Assembly: GCA_032718475.1 (NCBI GenBank)
Contig: JAUCBJ010008261.1
Span: 55,372 to 119,371 of the forward strand
From: Nemertoderma westbladi
Lineage: Eukaryota; Animalia; Xenacoelomorpha
Length of the DNA stretch: 64,000 nt
Direction: 5' to 3'
Shown here: piece after piece, positions 26,240 through 36,466 of the stretch
Layout: each line of letters starts with the position of its first letter
Position numbering within the stretch: position 1 is the stretch's first letter
Program-made: the position numbers and the translations under genes
The notes under the pieces: generated by a model
Database searches by the model: none
What the model was told of the DNA's origin: nothing
The model's input: only the letters and a program-made list of their open reading frames with translations

Positions 26240-29200
26240 TATCCGAATACACCTACAACACAATGGATGCAATATCCCCTTTCTTTTGTCTATTCAATTC
26301 ACAGTACCGTACAACCAAAATCAGCCCCTGACATGGCCGACAACAGTACCATTTGCCTCTCTGAAAGCATCCTCAAGCACGATCCGCCTCACAGATCCGC
26401 CAAATCCTTCTCCCTAGCTGGCGTCTCCATCTCCGAAGACGATATTGCTTCCCTGAACGCCAAAGGTTGGCTCACCGACAATATCATTGAAGCAGTAGCC
26501 CAATACCACATCAATATCCACCATGCCAGAGATCGAGCGAAGGTTTTCACCACCCATTTCCTTACCAGGTTTCGTTCAAGTGGCTTTCAAGGTGTTATTA
26601 ACTGGACCAAGCCAAATTTACTCCAAATGGAACACCTGCTTTTCCCCATCCACGTTGGGGGAAACCACTGGACGCTTGCTATCCTATCTTTGCATCCACC
26701 CACACTCCAGTATTTCGATTCACTTGGGGGCCGTGGTGATGCAGCCATCGAAGATATCAAGTCATGGTTTATTCTCGAATGCCAACGTCGCAACTCACCC
26801 TGCTCCACCATTACCATCAAACCACATCTCAAACGAGTTCAATTCAACAATCACCAGTGCGGTGTCTATGTCTCGAGGTTCATCGAGCTCTGTCTAGAGG
26901 GTTCATTAGGTCTCACCCGGGTCAATGATGGCACCATCCAGCCCTACAGAGCACATCTCCAGCACCTTGTCTCCAGGAACTCGACCTGCATCCCTCCACT
27001 CTCTCCGCCCAGACCAACCGAACCCACTGCTGAATCACCCAGCTTCCACCACACTGAGCCCGACTTTGTATCTGGTCCCACCACCAATTCGCCACTCCAG
27101 TCATCTGGCCAACCGATTGGCGAGCCCTTAGTCCCTTCCTTTTGCTTGCAAGACCTGGAACCTGGCACCATACACAGCATCACCAGGGATACTCACTGCA
27201 ACCAGTCATCCGATCTTACCACCACCAATTTACCCTACTCCCAGCATTCTGGCCAACCAGCCTGTGGATCGTCCACCATTTCATCTAGCCTGATAGATCA
27301 GGATCCAGACACAGTGCTTGTGCAAGATTCCACCACCGAATTACCCAGCAACCAGTCTCCCGACATTACCACCACCGATACACCACCTTGCTATTCTTCC
27401 AATCAATCAACCGATGAACTAGCCCAAACTACTTCCAGCCGGCAAGAACTATGCCCCATCTGCAACACACCCTTTCGCCGCAAATGGCTGGCTCACTGTA
27501 AGTCTTGCCTTGTCAAATTCCACGGTGCTTGTACCGGGCTAACGAAAAAGAACTTCGAGCTAGACCCCAACATGTCTGCGAACTGGCTCTGCAAGACATG
27601 TCGTCATTTCCCCACATCACCCACCCCCCCACCCTTTGGTACACAGCCAACAGTACCTCCACAACCCTGTCTAGATGATGTCTTCCGACAGGTATTCCAT
27701 GTCCTTTCTCTCAACAAGACTCTTCCACGTATCCCCCGAGGTGCCCGATCAAAAGCGTCATCCATTTACGTGAATCTATGTGAATCAGTGGTCCGGGAGA
27801 ATACCCCACGAACATGGCTTAATCTTCTGGCTTTCCCCTACAGCCTCAGGATCCCACAATCAACATCCAAGAAGCGTAGAGCCACTAAACCGTCAAACCA
27901 ACAATCCCTAACAACCAAGGTCAAAATCCAGCTTGTTGAGTATGTTAAGTTGACCAACGACCCGACCCATCCAGAGTTGCCGGAACCCAGGAAACCCCAC
28001 CAAAGGCCATCTACCAACTTGCCCAAATCCGTTGATGAAAAACTCGGTAAGCTCATCTCGATGAAGATAGAAGAAGGAAATGTTCGCGCCGCTGCCAGAC
28101 TAGCTTCTTCCTCGGCAACCATAGCTCCCCACAACTCTGAAACGTTACACTCTCTCCAGAAACTGCACCCATCCCGTCCGCTCGACGACTTCGAGGGAGT
28201 ACCAACCATTGAGGAGGCAGAAGCGCCTCTACTCGACCTATCTCAACCCGAAGTGGTCAAATCCATATTTTCGTTTCCAAATGGATCAGCAGCCGGGCCC
28301 GACAAGCTTCTCCCTCAAGTTCTAAAAGACCTTTGCTCATCCTCGGCAGGTGAAGCAGGCATGTGCTGTAGGAAAGCAGTAACCTCCATCGCCAATATAA
28401 TAGTCAAGGGTTTAGTACCCAAAGATGTCTGCCCCTACCTCCACGGAGCGCGCCTCTGTGCTTTTAATAAACCCGAAGGTGGTATCAGACCTATTGCTGT
28501 GGGATGTACACTACGCCGTCTCGCTGCCAAGACAGCCTGCCGAATGGCAGCCAGCCATTCTGACTACAAACTTGCCCCTCATCAACTCGGTTTCGGGACA
28601 CCCAGGGGGGCAGAGGCCGCAGTCCACTCTGCAAGGAGCTTCCTTGAGTGGTCCAACCACGAGGAACCTGTCGTGTTGGTAAAAGTCGACTTTGCGAATG
28701 CCTTTAATAGTGTACACCGAGGGCCTCTTTTATGGTCTGTTCTGGAAAATCTCCCACCACTGTATAACATAGCCTATCAGTCCTATGCCGCTCCTACATA
28801 CCTATTCTATGGCAAGGAGATTATTAACTCCGACAATGGCAGCCAGCAGGGTGATCCTTTGGCTTCCCTCTTCTTCAGCTCCGACATCCACGGGTTTGTG
28901 GACTCTTTAAACTGTATCTTCAATGTTTGGTTTCTTGACGATGGCTCCCTAGGTGGGTCTGCCCTTTCAGTTGCTGAAAATTTGAAGACCATCATCAGTG
29001 AAGCAGCTAAGTTGGGTCTATCGATCAAACCCTCTAAATGCGAACTCATCTTCCACAAGGACTTTCCTGCGAGTTTGAAGGAATCCACCCTCGCCACATT
29101 TCAATCCATCACCCCAGGCATTAAACCATTTGATTTCGAAGAATCCATCCTTCTAGGGGCACCACTTGGTGATAAGGCCTTGGAAACAGTCTTGGTGCAG

Positions 29201-30662
29201 AAACAGCTTGAACTATCTACCTTCGCTAGCCGTCTTCATCTACTTTCTGCACATGATGCCCTTTACCTTCTGAGACACTGTTTTGCAATCCCGAAGCTAA
29301 TGTACACACTTAGATGTGCTCCATGCTTCACATCACCACAGCTTGACATCTTCGATGAGACCATCAAAAAAGCTCTGGAAATCGCACTCAATATCCAGCT
29401 GGATGACATCACTTGGCGTCGTCAAGCCTCTCTACCCATCGCTCTTGGTGGCCTTGGGGTAAGGAGTACGAGGGACATCTCAATACCGGCCTTTTTGGCT
29501 TCGTTCTCAGGATGCGGTCCCCTACTCCAATCCCTTCTTCCACCACCGATCATCGAAGCACCCAACCACTGGTTCGACCAAGGCCTGAGAGCCCTTCCAA
29601 CAGACTACGAAATACCTATCAACCCCATATTCCAGAAAGCCTGGAGCAATCCATTGGATGTTACTGCCTCAAAGAAAATCCTCGATGGAGCGAAGTCCCC
29701 ATCACACAAGGCACGCCTTCTAGCTTCAGTGGCAGACCATGCAGGCGACTGGCTCCATGCCATCCCAATCTCATCTCTTGGTCTCCGCCTCAAGGATGAC
29801 CAGCTCCGAGTAGGTGTAGCGCTGCGTCTTGGAGCCCCTATCAGCGTCGAGCACAACTGCCGTGGTTGTGGCGGTCTAGTAGACAGATGGGCCACCCATG
29901 GCCTCTCGTGTATCCACAATTATGGGAAATTCACCCGTCACGCAGAGGCCAATGATATAATCCATCGTGCCCTAACCTCTGCAGGAGTTGTTTCTACCCT
30001 CAAGCCGCGAGGTCTGTCCCACGATGGTAAGGTGCCGGATGGAATGACTCTTGCACCATGGGCCACAGGAAAACCTCTCGTGTGGGACTTCACATGCAGG
30101 GACACCCTGGCCGCGTCCCACCTTCCAGGAACTTCCTCTACAGCAGGTGCCGCTGCCGCATCTGCCGAATCTGCAAAATTAAGAAAATATACCGAGCTCC
30201 AGCACAACTACCACTTCACCACTATTGCTGTCGAGACCCTAGGTGCTATCGGTAGCGAAGGAACACAAATCCTTCGAGAGATTGGCCGCCGCATCTCGCT
30301 AAAATCCGCCGAACCAAGGGCGACCACATTTCTCTTCCAGAGGTTGTTGATGGCCATTGTCCGGGGAAACGCCACCGCTGTGCTTGGTACCCTTCCAGCC
30401 AAGGCAGACCTCAACGAGATCCTACTCCTCTAGAGCCAACTACATCCGACCCCAGCTCAGCCTTCCACTAAATCCAATTTAGACCCCAACTTACCAACTA
30501 TTGATTGATCAATGGATTCGATTACCTACGAACTGTACCTAACTGAGTTTGTATTTATGTGATGGTACTAAATAATTGTATGATAATTAATCATATTAAC
30601 TACATACCATTAACAATATAGATGTATACCGGTAGCGAACTTGTTCTTAAATAAAAAAAAAA
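26240..30662 (+). mobile_element. Apparently intact CRE-like (RLE-bearing) non-LTR retrotransposon with poly(A) tail
   Basis: Single long ORF, short 3'UTR, aataaaaaaaaaa at ~30650-30662; GC-richer than flanks; 5' boundary approximate and no TSD seen. Confidence 0.8.
26267..30433 (+). CDS. 1388-aa polyprotein: Ulp1/SENP (C48) protease - S/T/P linker - PHD finger - reverse transcriptase - CCHC - restriction-like endonuclease
   Basis: WLTDNII, FTTHF, NHW (H134), YFDSL (D151), QFNNHQCG (Q192/C198); PHD CPIC..CKSC..FHGAC..WLCKTC; RT IRPIAVG, DFANAFN, SQQGDPL, WFLDDG; CRGC..HGLSC, RH, PDG..WDFTC..ESAKLRKY. Confidence 0.95.
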   Translation: MQYPLSFVYSIHSTVQPKSAPDMADNSTICLSESILKHDPPHRSAKSFSLAGVSISEDDIASLNAKGWLTDNIIEAVAQYHINIHHARDRAKVFTTHFLTRFRSSGFQGVINWTKPNLLQMEHLLFPIHVGGNHWTLAILSLHPPTLQYFDSLGGRGDAAIEDIKSWFILECQRRNSPCSTITIKPHLKRVQFNNHQCGVYVSRFIELCLEGSLGLTRVNDGTIQPYRAHLQHLVSRNSTCIPPLSPPRPTEPTAESPSFHHTEPDFVSGPTTNSPLQSSGQPIGEPLVPSFCLQDLEPGTIHSITRDTHCNQSSDLTTTNLPYSQHSGQPACGSSTISSSLIDQDPDTVLVQDSTTELPSNQSPDITTTDTPPCYSSNQSTDELAQTTSSRQELCPICNTPFRRKWLAHCKSCLVKFHGACTGLTKKNFELDPNMSANWLCKTCRHFPTSPTPPPFGTQPTVPPQPCLDDVFRQVFHVLSLNKTLPRIPRGARSKASSIYVNLCESVVRENTPRTWLNLLAFPYSLRIPQSTSKKRRATKPSNQQSLTTKVKIQLVEYVKLTNDPTHPELPEPRKPHQRPSTNLPKSVDEKLGKLISMKIEEGNVRAAARLASSSATIAPHNSETLHSLQKLHPSRPLDDFEGVPTIEEAEAPLLDLSQPEVVKSIFSFPNGSAAGPDKLLPQVLKDLCSSSAGEAGMCCRKAVTSIANIIVKGLVPKDVCPYLHGARLCAFNKPEGGIRPIAVGCTLRRLAAKTACRMAASHSDYKLAPHQLGFGTPRGAEAAVHSARSFLEWSNHEEPVVLVKVDFANAFNSVHRGPLLWSVLENLPPLYNIAYQSYAAPTYLFYGKEIINSDNGSQQGDPLASLFFSSDIHGFVDSLNCIFNVWFLDDGSLGGSALSVAENLKTIISEAAKLGLSIKPSKCELIFHKDFPASLKESTLATFQSITPGIKPFDFEESILLGAPLGDKALETVLVQKQLELSTFASRLHLLSAHDALYLLRHCFAIPKLMYTLRCAPCFTSPQLDIFDETIKKALEIALNIQLDDITWRRQASLPIALGGLGVRSTRDISIPAFLASFSGCGPLLQSLLPPPIIEAPNHWFDQGLRALPTDYEIPINPIFQKAWSNPLDVTASKKILDGAKSPSHKARLLASVADHAGDWLHAIPISSLGLRLKDDQLRVGVALRLGAPISVEHNCRGCGGLVDRWATHGLSCIHNYGKFTRHAEANDIIHRALTSAGVVSTLKPRGLSHDGKVPDGMTLAPWATGKPLVWDFTCRDTLAASHLPGTSSTAGAAAASAESAKLRKYTELQHNYHFTTIAVETLGAIGSEGTQILREIGRRISLKSAEPRATTFLFQRLLMAIVRGNATAVLGTLPAKADLNEILLL

Positions 30663-31536
30663 GAAGCAATTCCAAACATTCTTAGGCTACGTTCACTAAA
30701 ATATAATCAATATATTTTTCCAAAATATGTTCTGGAATAAAAAATATTTGTAACTGAAGGTTCATTTTTTCAAAATAAATAGCTAGCATATTCTAGAACG
30801 ATTTCTATACAAAAAGCTAAAAGTACTAGCTATAATAAAAATTTGGAGAGGAAAATACTAAATTGTGGAGTGGGGTTCGCTTTACCTTATAATGCAGGAT
30901 GGCCCTCTTCGTGTTCAACAAGTTCGAACACATGTGATAAACAGAATATCAGCAAATAAACTTTTTATAATAAACTTTGTATAACAACCTCGGCCTTCGT
31001 CATCGGTAGTTATACAAGTTTATTTGCTTCAGGTTGATATATATTGTATATCACTCCTAGAACATGTGATATTCTCTGTATATCACTAGATCTCTGATAA
31101 GTTGACATAATGTATTTTTTGCATAAAGCTTTGGTGCTGGTACTAAATATTTCACCCACCATCGTTATATGCAAGTTGGAGATGTCTTGTCTAGTGCCAT
31201 TTCATTTATTCCAACGTAATCATAACCCCAAAATATCGATGTAACTTAAAAATAGAGATTATACAATTATTGATATTTCATGCAATTGAATTTTCAAAAA
31301 AACTTTTCGAAAATTGTGACAAAATGTAGGGTTGAAAAATGGTGCTATATCATCATGTGGCAATAAAAACTTCACAGTTTTATTGAATTTTCTGCATTTC
31401 ATTTAAATCAAATGGTTTAAATGTGATAATTTTAATAACAACCCACTATCAAAGCCTACTGCGTGTTTGTAATTTGTTGCATGCCAGATGATGGGCCTCT
31501 CACACTCAAATGAAATCGAATGTCTAGTTAGCTTAA

Positions 31537-32264
31537 GGGGGGGGGGGGGGGGGGGGGGGGTACACCATTTTGGTCAAAAATATGTCGAAATTTTTTTTAT
31601 TATCTATTATAATGCACCATTGAATGGTGTTTTCAAATCTGAAAACCGCTATTTAATAGCTCTTTTAGTTTTTAAGTTATAACAATTTCCATTTAGGGAT
31701 TCCTATTGAAATTACTATTACTATGTATAATGAAAGGTCGATTATCTCAAAATATTTTTTTTATGAAATTGTCAACTTCAAAACCCTACTACTTCTACAA
31801 TTTTTGAGCAATTAGTCTGAAACTTTCTGTGGGTGTCTACATAGCCACCCTGCATAAACGTATCAGACAACTTTTCGAAATTATTTGTTAATAAAATTTA
31901 ATACTATTTATAACAAACCTAAAAATTAGGCATAAATTTGCAGCGCCACCTAGCGGTGCAGAATTATTTTTACAAAATTTCGCCTGATATTTATGTTGCC
32001 CCATCTTTGATCTATCATATAAAAAAACTTTCATGTGATTAGATTCAAAACTGTAAAAGCCTTAGGGTTTTAAGCGCAACCAAGTTTTTTTTGTTGTTAA
32101 CTAGTATTAACTAATATTAAATAGCGAAAAATAAAAATTTTCTAATCTGTCATGTAGAATAGCATCTTAGGCACCTATATACCAAATTATAGCCAAAACC
32201 AAACAATTTTGAAACGCTGAGAGTGATAAATCGAAGAGTTGTCCGAAAATGATGTACCCCCCCC
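31537..32264. mobile_element. Non-autonomous Kolobok-like DNA transposon
   Basis: TTAA on both sides; terminal inverted repeats (TIRs) gggggtacaccattttgg / ccgaaaatgatgtacccccccc with RR...YY termini. Confidence 0.75.
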
Positions 32265-32994
32265 TTAAAGGGAAAAGCTGGTCAGCTAAATGCATTTTTT
32301 GTTATCGAGTACTGCTGACAGCAAGAGAGTTGACTGCTCTATAATCAGTGCCGGATTAAGCCTCTGGTGGCCCTAAGGCACATTTTAGTAATTTCCAAAA
32401 ATGACCCGAAAATTGATAATTTTCCGCAAACCCTTTCAAAAGAAAAAGCTGCTAAAAACAACTGAAACTGTGAAAATGTTGCGAAGGAAATATAAAGTAT
32501 TTTCGTTGGATGACTGCGTACAAATAAGTACTAAGTACTATTTTGTGATAGACACAGTGTAGCAGTTACAAAATCGGTTCTAGAAGATCCAAATGGCCAT
32601 GTTTTACAAACCAATATTCACGATTGTAGCCGTAAAGATGCTAAACATTTTGTATAGGTTTAATGGAAATTGAGTAAAAAATAAAAAAGTAGTAGGGAAT
32701 TTAGTGATGAAAAAAGTCAAAATTGACAAACTGATAAAAAGGTTGTTTTATACAGAGAGGCATAAATATCAGTATTTATTATGTAGTTGAAAAGAGCAGT
32801 TTTGAGGTCAAAAAATAATTCAATGTCGAAAACCGATATTACCTTTTATGAAAGCCCTTCTTTCAAACAGCAAATAAATTGTGTAAATTTTCGAAAATTT
32901 CATTTCTGTAGGGGTTATAGTGAGCCCCCTTAAAGCTGACTGGTCCCTGTAGGTATTTAGCAATTTTGATCGGATTGTGGGAATGTGTTATTTA

Positions 32995-34131
32995 TGCATG
33001 CTGCATTGCAGCTGCATTTTTAAGAAAGCTGTGCCGGCTTGTCATCAAAATTGCGCCGCCACAACTCCCTATCACCCATGACATTTGCTAGAGCATCTGC
33101 ATCTTCAAGGCCAGTGTCCTTTAAGATGCGTCTCAAGAAAGTCATGGGCTGTCCACCATGCTTATTCACTCCATGAGGCTGCCAACACAAGATTATGCAC
33201 TGGCTGGTCCTCACGGCGAAAGCAATGTCCTGCAAAGCGGAAGCGACATTGTTCTAGTGTCAAGCTTGGGGGAACCAATGAGACACCTCCAATGTTATAT
33301 AGTGTCTGGTTGGAGATGTGTGCATTGTACTTGACACAATGAACCCGGCATAGCATTCTTGTGAATGTGTCATCCAAAGATTTGGTGTCCTCAGCAAGTA
33401 GAGCCCAGGATGGACTCCCATAGAGGAGTACTGGAACTACTGCTGCTCTAAATAATCGGACCTCAAGTTTCCGATTAATGATCTGTGACTTACAAATCCT
33501 GGAAGCCTATTCAAGGCTGGCAAAAGCATATGATCATTTGAGCTTATGCTCATCCGGTTAGAGACTTTCTGGGGACTTTCAAAGTTAACTGTCAAAATTT
33601 CGGTCTTTTTGGAGTTAATTTGGAAGAATACGTCAGCGAGAGACTGAATCAAAGGCCTTGAAGAAGTCAACAAAGATAACAGCCAGATGCCTGTCTTTCT
33701 TTTTTGATAACTCTTCAATTATCCTTCTAAGTGCCAAAATGGACTCCATGGTCCCACGACCTTTATGGAACCCATTCTGGAGCAGTCTCTCAATGGGATC
33801 CCTGATGCGATTTAATATAATTATATTGTATAGCTTTGCAGCAATCGATAATGAGATTCCCCGAAAAGATCCATAGAGTGTTGGGTTACCCTTCTTTGGA
33901 ACTGGCACCAACTTATTTGTTTTCATTTCTTATGGGACTCTTGTTGTTCTGTACATGTCTACTATGATGGGATAGATAAGCTTAAAACACTCAGGTATTT
34001 TAAAGACCTCAGGGGGAACACCATCTACTGCACTGGCACGATTGGTTTTAATGCTCTTTGCAGCAGCCTTCACTTCTACAAAGGAGTCACCAATGGGAAT
34101 ATCTGGGAGTACATACTTAAGACACTTTTAC
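32995..34131 (-). pseudogene. RTE LINE RT/3' fragment with internal deletions (same family as 3606-6694)
   Basis: VPVPKKG, FRGISL, FVDFFKAFDSV, RFRFAGHCFR; overlaps the DISFAEVKAAAK segment of the 4850 element. Confidence 0.85.
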
Positions 34132-34479
34132 AGACACAGACTGTGATTGTAATGGAAACGATCGTAACATCTAAAAAATACCTAAGGACCAAGCAATTAC
34201 CTAGGTAAAGTACTACAAAATTTAAAAGCTTTAAACAAAATTAAAGCACTTCGCGTTTACCCATTACTGATGTTTGTTACCATCACAATGTGATGGATTA
34301 AGGATCAGGAGGTGGTCCCTCCTAGGCTTCCAAAAATTCCATAAGTAATACAGATTGGCAGGCTTTATTTTAGAAAAGATATCCGACACCATAGTGATTA
34401 AAAGAATTACTTGCCTTCCAGGGAAACCTGAAATATTGTCATACACAACAACTTCTCCCAATGAATTGCTTCTTTGATT

Positions 34480-35200
34480 CAAAGGAATGATACAGAATTC
34501 GTGGGAAGATGACACATTGCGATCATACATATGAATTTGGAACAGATTCAAGGATTTAAAAATGGAAGTGTTTTCAACCTCCTCGGTGACAGTTCCAATC
34601 GACTCTGTGATATATTGGGGTGCTTTATAACCAAGCTAGACAAGAATGGCTACTCGCGAGTGACCATTTCAAACGTCATGTACACATGTCGGCAATTTCT
34701 TTGCCACATAAGATATTGAATGTCACAGATCCAACAAAAAGCTTATTTGTAACAAGATGTTTAGCTGGTCTTGGAAAAGGGGGGCAATGTCAGAGATGTC
34801 ATAATGTCAATATTCCATCAGGGATTATTAGTTCGATTCCAGTAATTTATGTAGATAATTATGTTAATGATTTATGTAGAGTAGCATTTTTGTTTGCATT
34901 TTATGCATTTAGGAGAGATTTTTCCCATCTTACATCAAATATAGAAATAGGTGATCATTAATTAGTCAGCTTTAATATTTTATAGTTATAACAGCGCCCT
35001 AATTCCACATCTGGTAACTTTCTTGTTTGGCAAAATGGTAATCCCGTATTTCGACATGAGTTTATAGCTGTCTTAAATAGAACACTGTTATTTAATAACC
35101 TCCACACCAATAATGCATACAAATCGCATAGCTTTAGGATTGGTGGGGTCACTGCATGGTAATAAACATTGATATTTGCAGTAATGTTATGGACCATAAG
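34480..35200 (+). pseudogene. Tyrosine-recombinase remnant of a DIRS/Ngaro retrotransposon
   Basis: SWEDDTLRSY..WNRF, SAISLPHKILNVTDPTKS, AFLFAFYAF and YKSHSFRIGG (catalytic HxxR motif); frameshifted. Confidence 0.7.
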
Positions 35201-35350
35201 CAGGCCATTTATATTCTTAATAACAGATACGTGAATACAAAGAAAGTCAGGTTTTAGAAGATATTGCAGAAATCATTTCAGATGATATACCGTATATCTA
35301 ACATAAAACAGATTTTAAATTAAAGTATGAAATATGCTAACATAACTTAC

Positions 35351-35473
35351 CAGTGCATGATTCACCATCACCAGAATAGCCATTATTGCATTCACATGTG
35401 AATGAACCAACAGTATTTGTGCAGCTGGCATCGGAGTGGCAGTTATCAGTATTGATATCACATTCATCAATAT
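35351..35473 (-). CDS. Host gene exon (4th): cbEGF module (D)[40 protein letters not shown]
   Basis: 123 nt, ctgcag acceptor, gtaagt donor, phase 1-1. Confidence 0.93.
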
Positions 35474-36466
35474 CTGCAGCATAACATATGGTTTAATTAA
35501 TTAAATATTAAGAGGAACGACACCACATGGCGGTGCAACTTTGTTGATAAGCCGGCATAGCATTCTTAATGCACGCTGCATTAGGCTTGCCAATTGTAGA
35601 TGCATGGTGTTGGTAAAATTATTTTGTTAAGCCGTAGCATCTCAATGTGCAGTCTCAATGCAGCAGGTCGATTATAGTAGTAGTAGTAGTTTGTAATCCG
35701 TCTTCCTAATGATATTGATTCCTCTCACAATGCTATCAAAACAAATTCCCCGCACTTTCTAACCTTACGAACTCTAATTACGACATAATAATTACTGGCG
35801 ACACTAATGTAGACTTACTAGACCCTAAAGACAAACCACATGAATACATTAACCTATTAAATACTTACGGCTTCTTACAATTAATAAACGCACCTACGCG
35901 ACTCACTCCATGGACCGAATCCCTTATAGATCACATTTTTACAAACATTACAATACAACATCCACAACCACGTCTGGCACTTTTCGAGTTAAAATTGGCA
36001 CCTCAGATCATCAACCAACCTTCACACCTTTTCATAACTATTCTTGTTTTTTTCAAAAATCCAGAGCCAAATACAATTTTTGATTTCTCCAAATTTAACA
36101 AAGTAAATGTTCTTAAAGATATTCAATCGGCTTCGAGTTGGTCATATACTTCGAATAAAATTAAAAAAATAGACAAATTTGATATTTTTGATAAACATTT
36201 AGAAAAAATTTGTGAAAAAAATGTTCAGAAAAAATAGTATCACCTCGAAAAATGCCCGATAAACCTTAGATGACTGAATCTCTTGTATCCAGTACCATAC
36301 AAAAAAATAAGTTATACCGGAAGTACTTAAAAAACCCAACAGAATCAAAACACTCAATAATTAAAAATTAACATCTCAACGTTCAGCAGAAAAAATATAC
36401 TACCATAAACAATTTCAAGAGAACTCAAACAACATAAAAAAACATGGTTGATTATAAACTCTGCTC

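Noticed and set aside
26267-26980. Host SENP gene
   Set aside because: Intronless, fused in frame to RT-RLE, followed by poly(A), and antisense within another gene's intron
26523-30414. Overlapping and antisense ORFs inside the CRE ORF
   Set aside because: Expected shadows of a long GC-richer ORF; no recognisable motifs
32346-32940. hAT-type MITE starting cagtgccggattaag
   Set aside because: Only one plausible terminus; no matching TIR or TSD found
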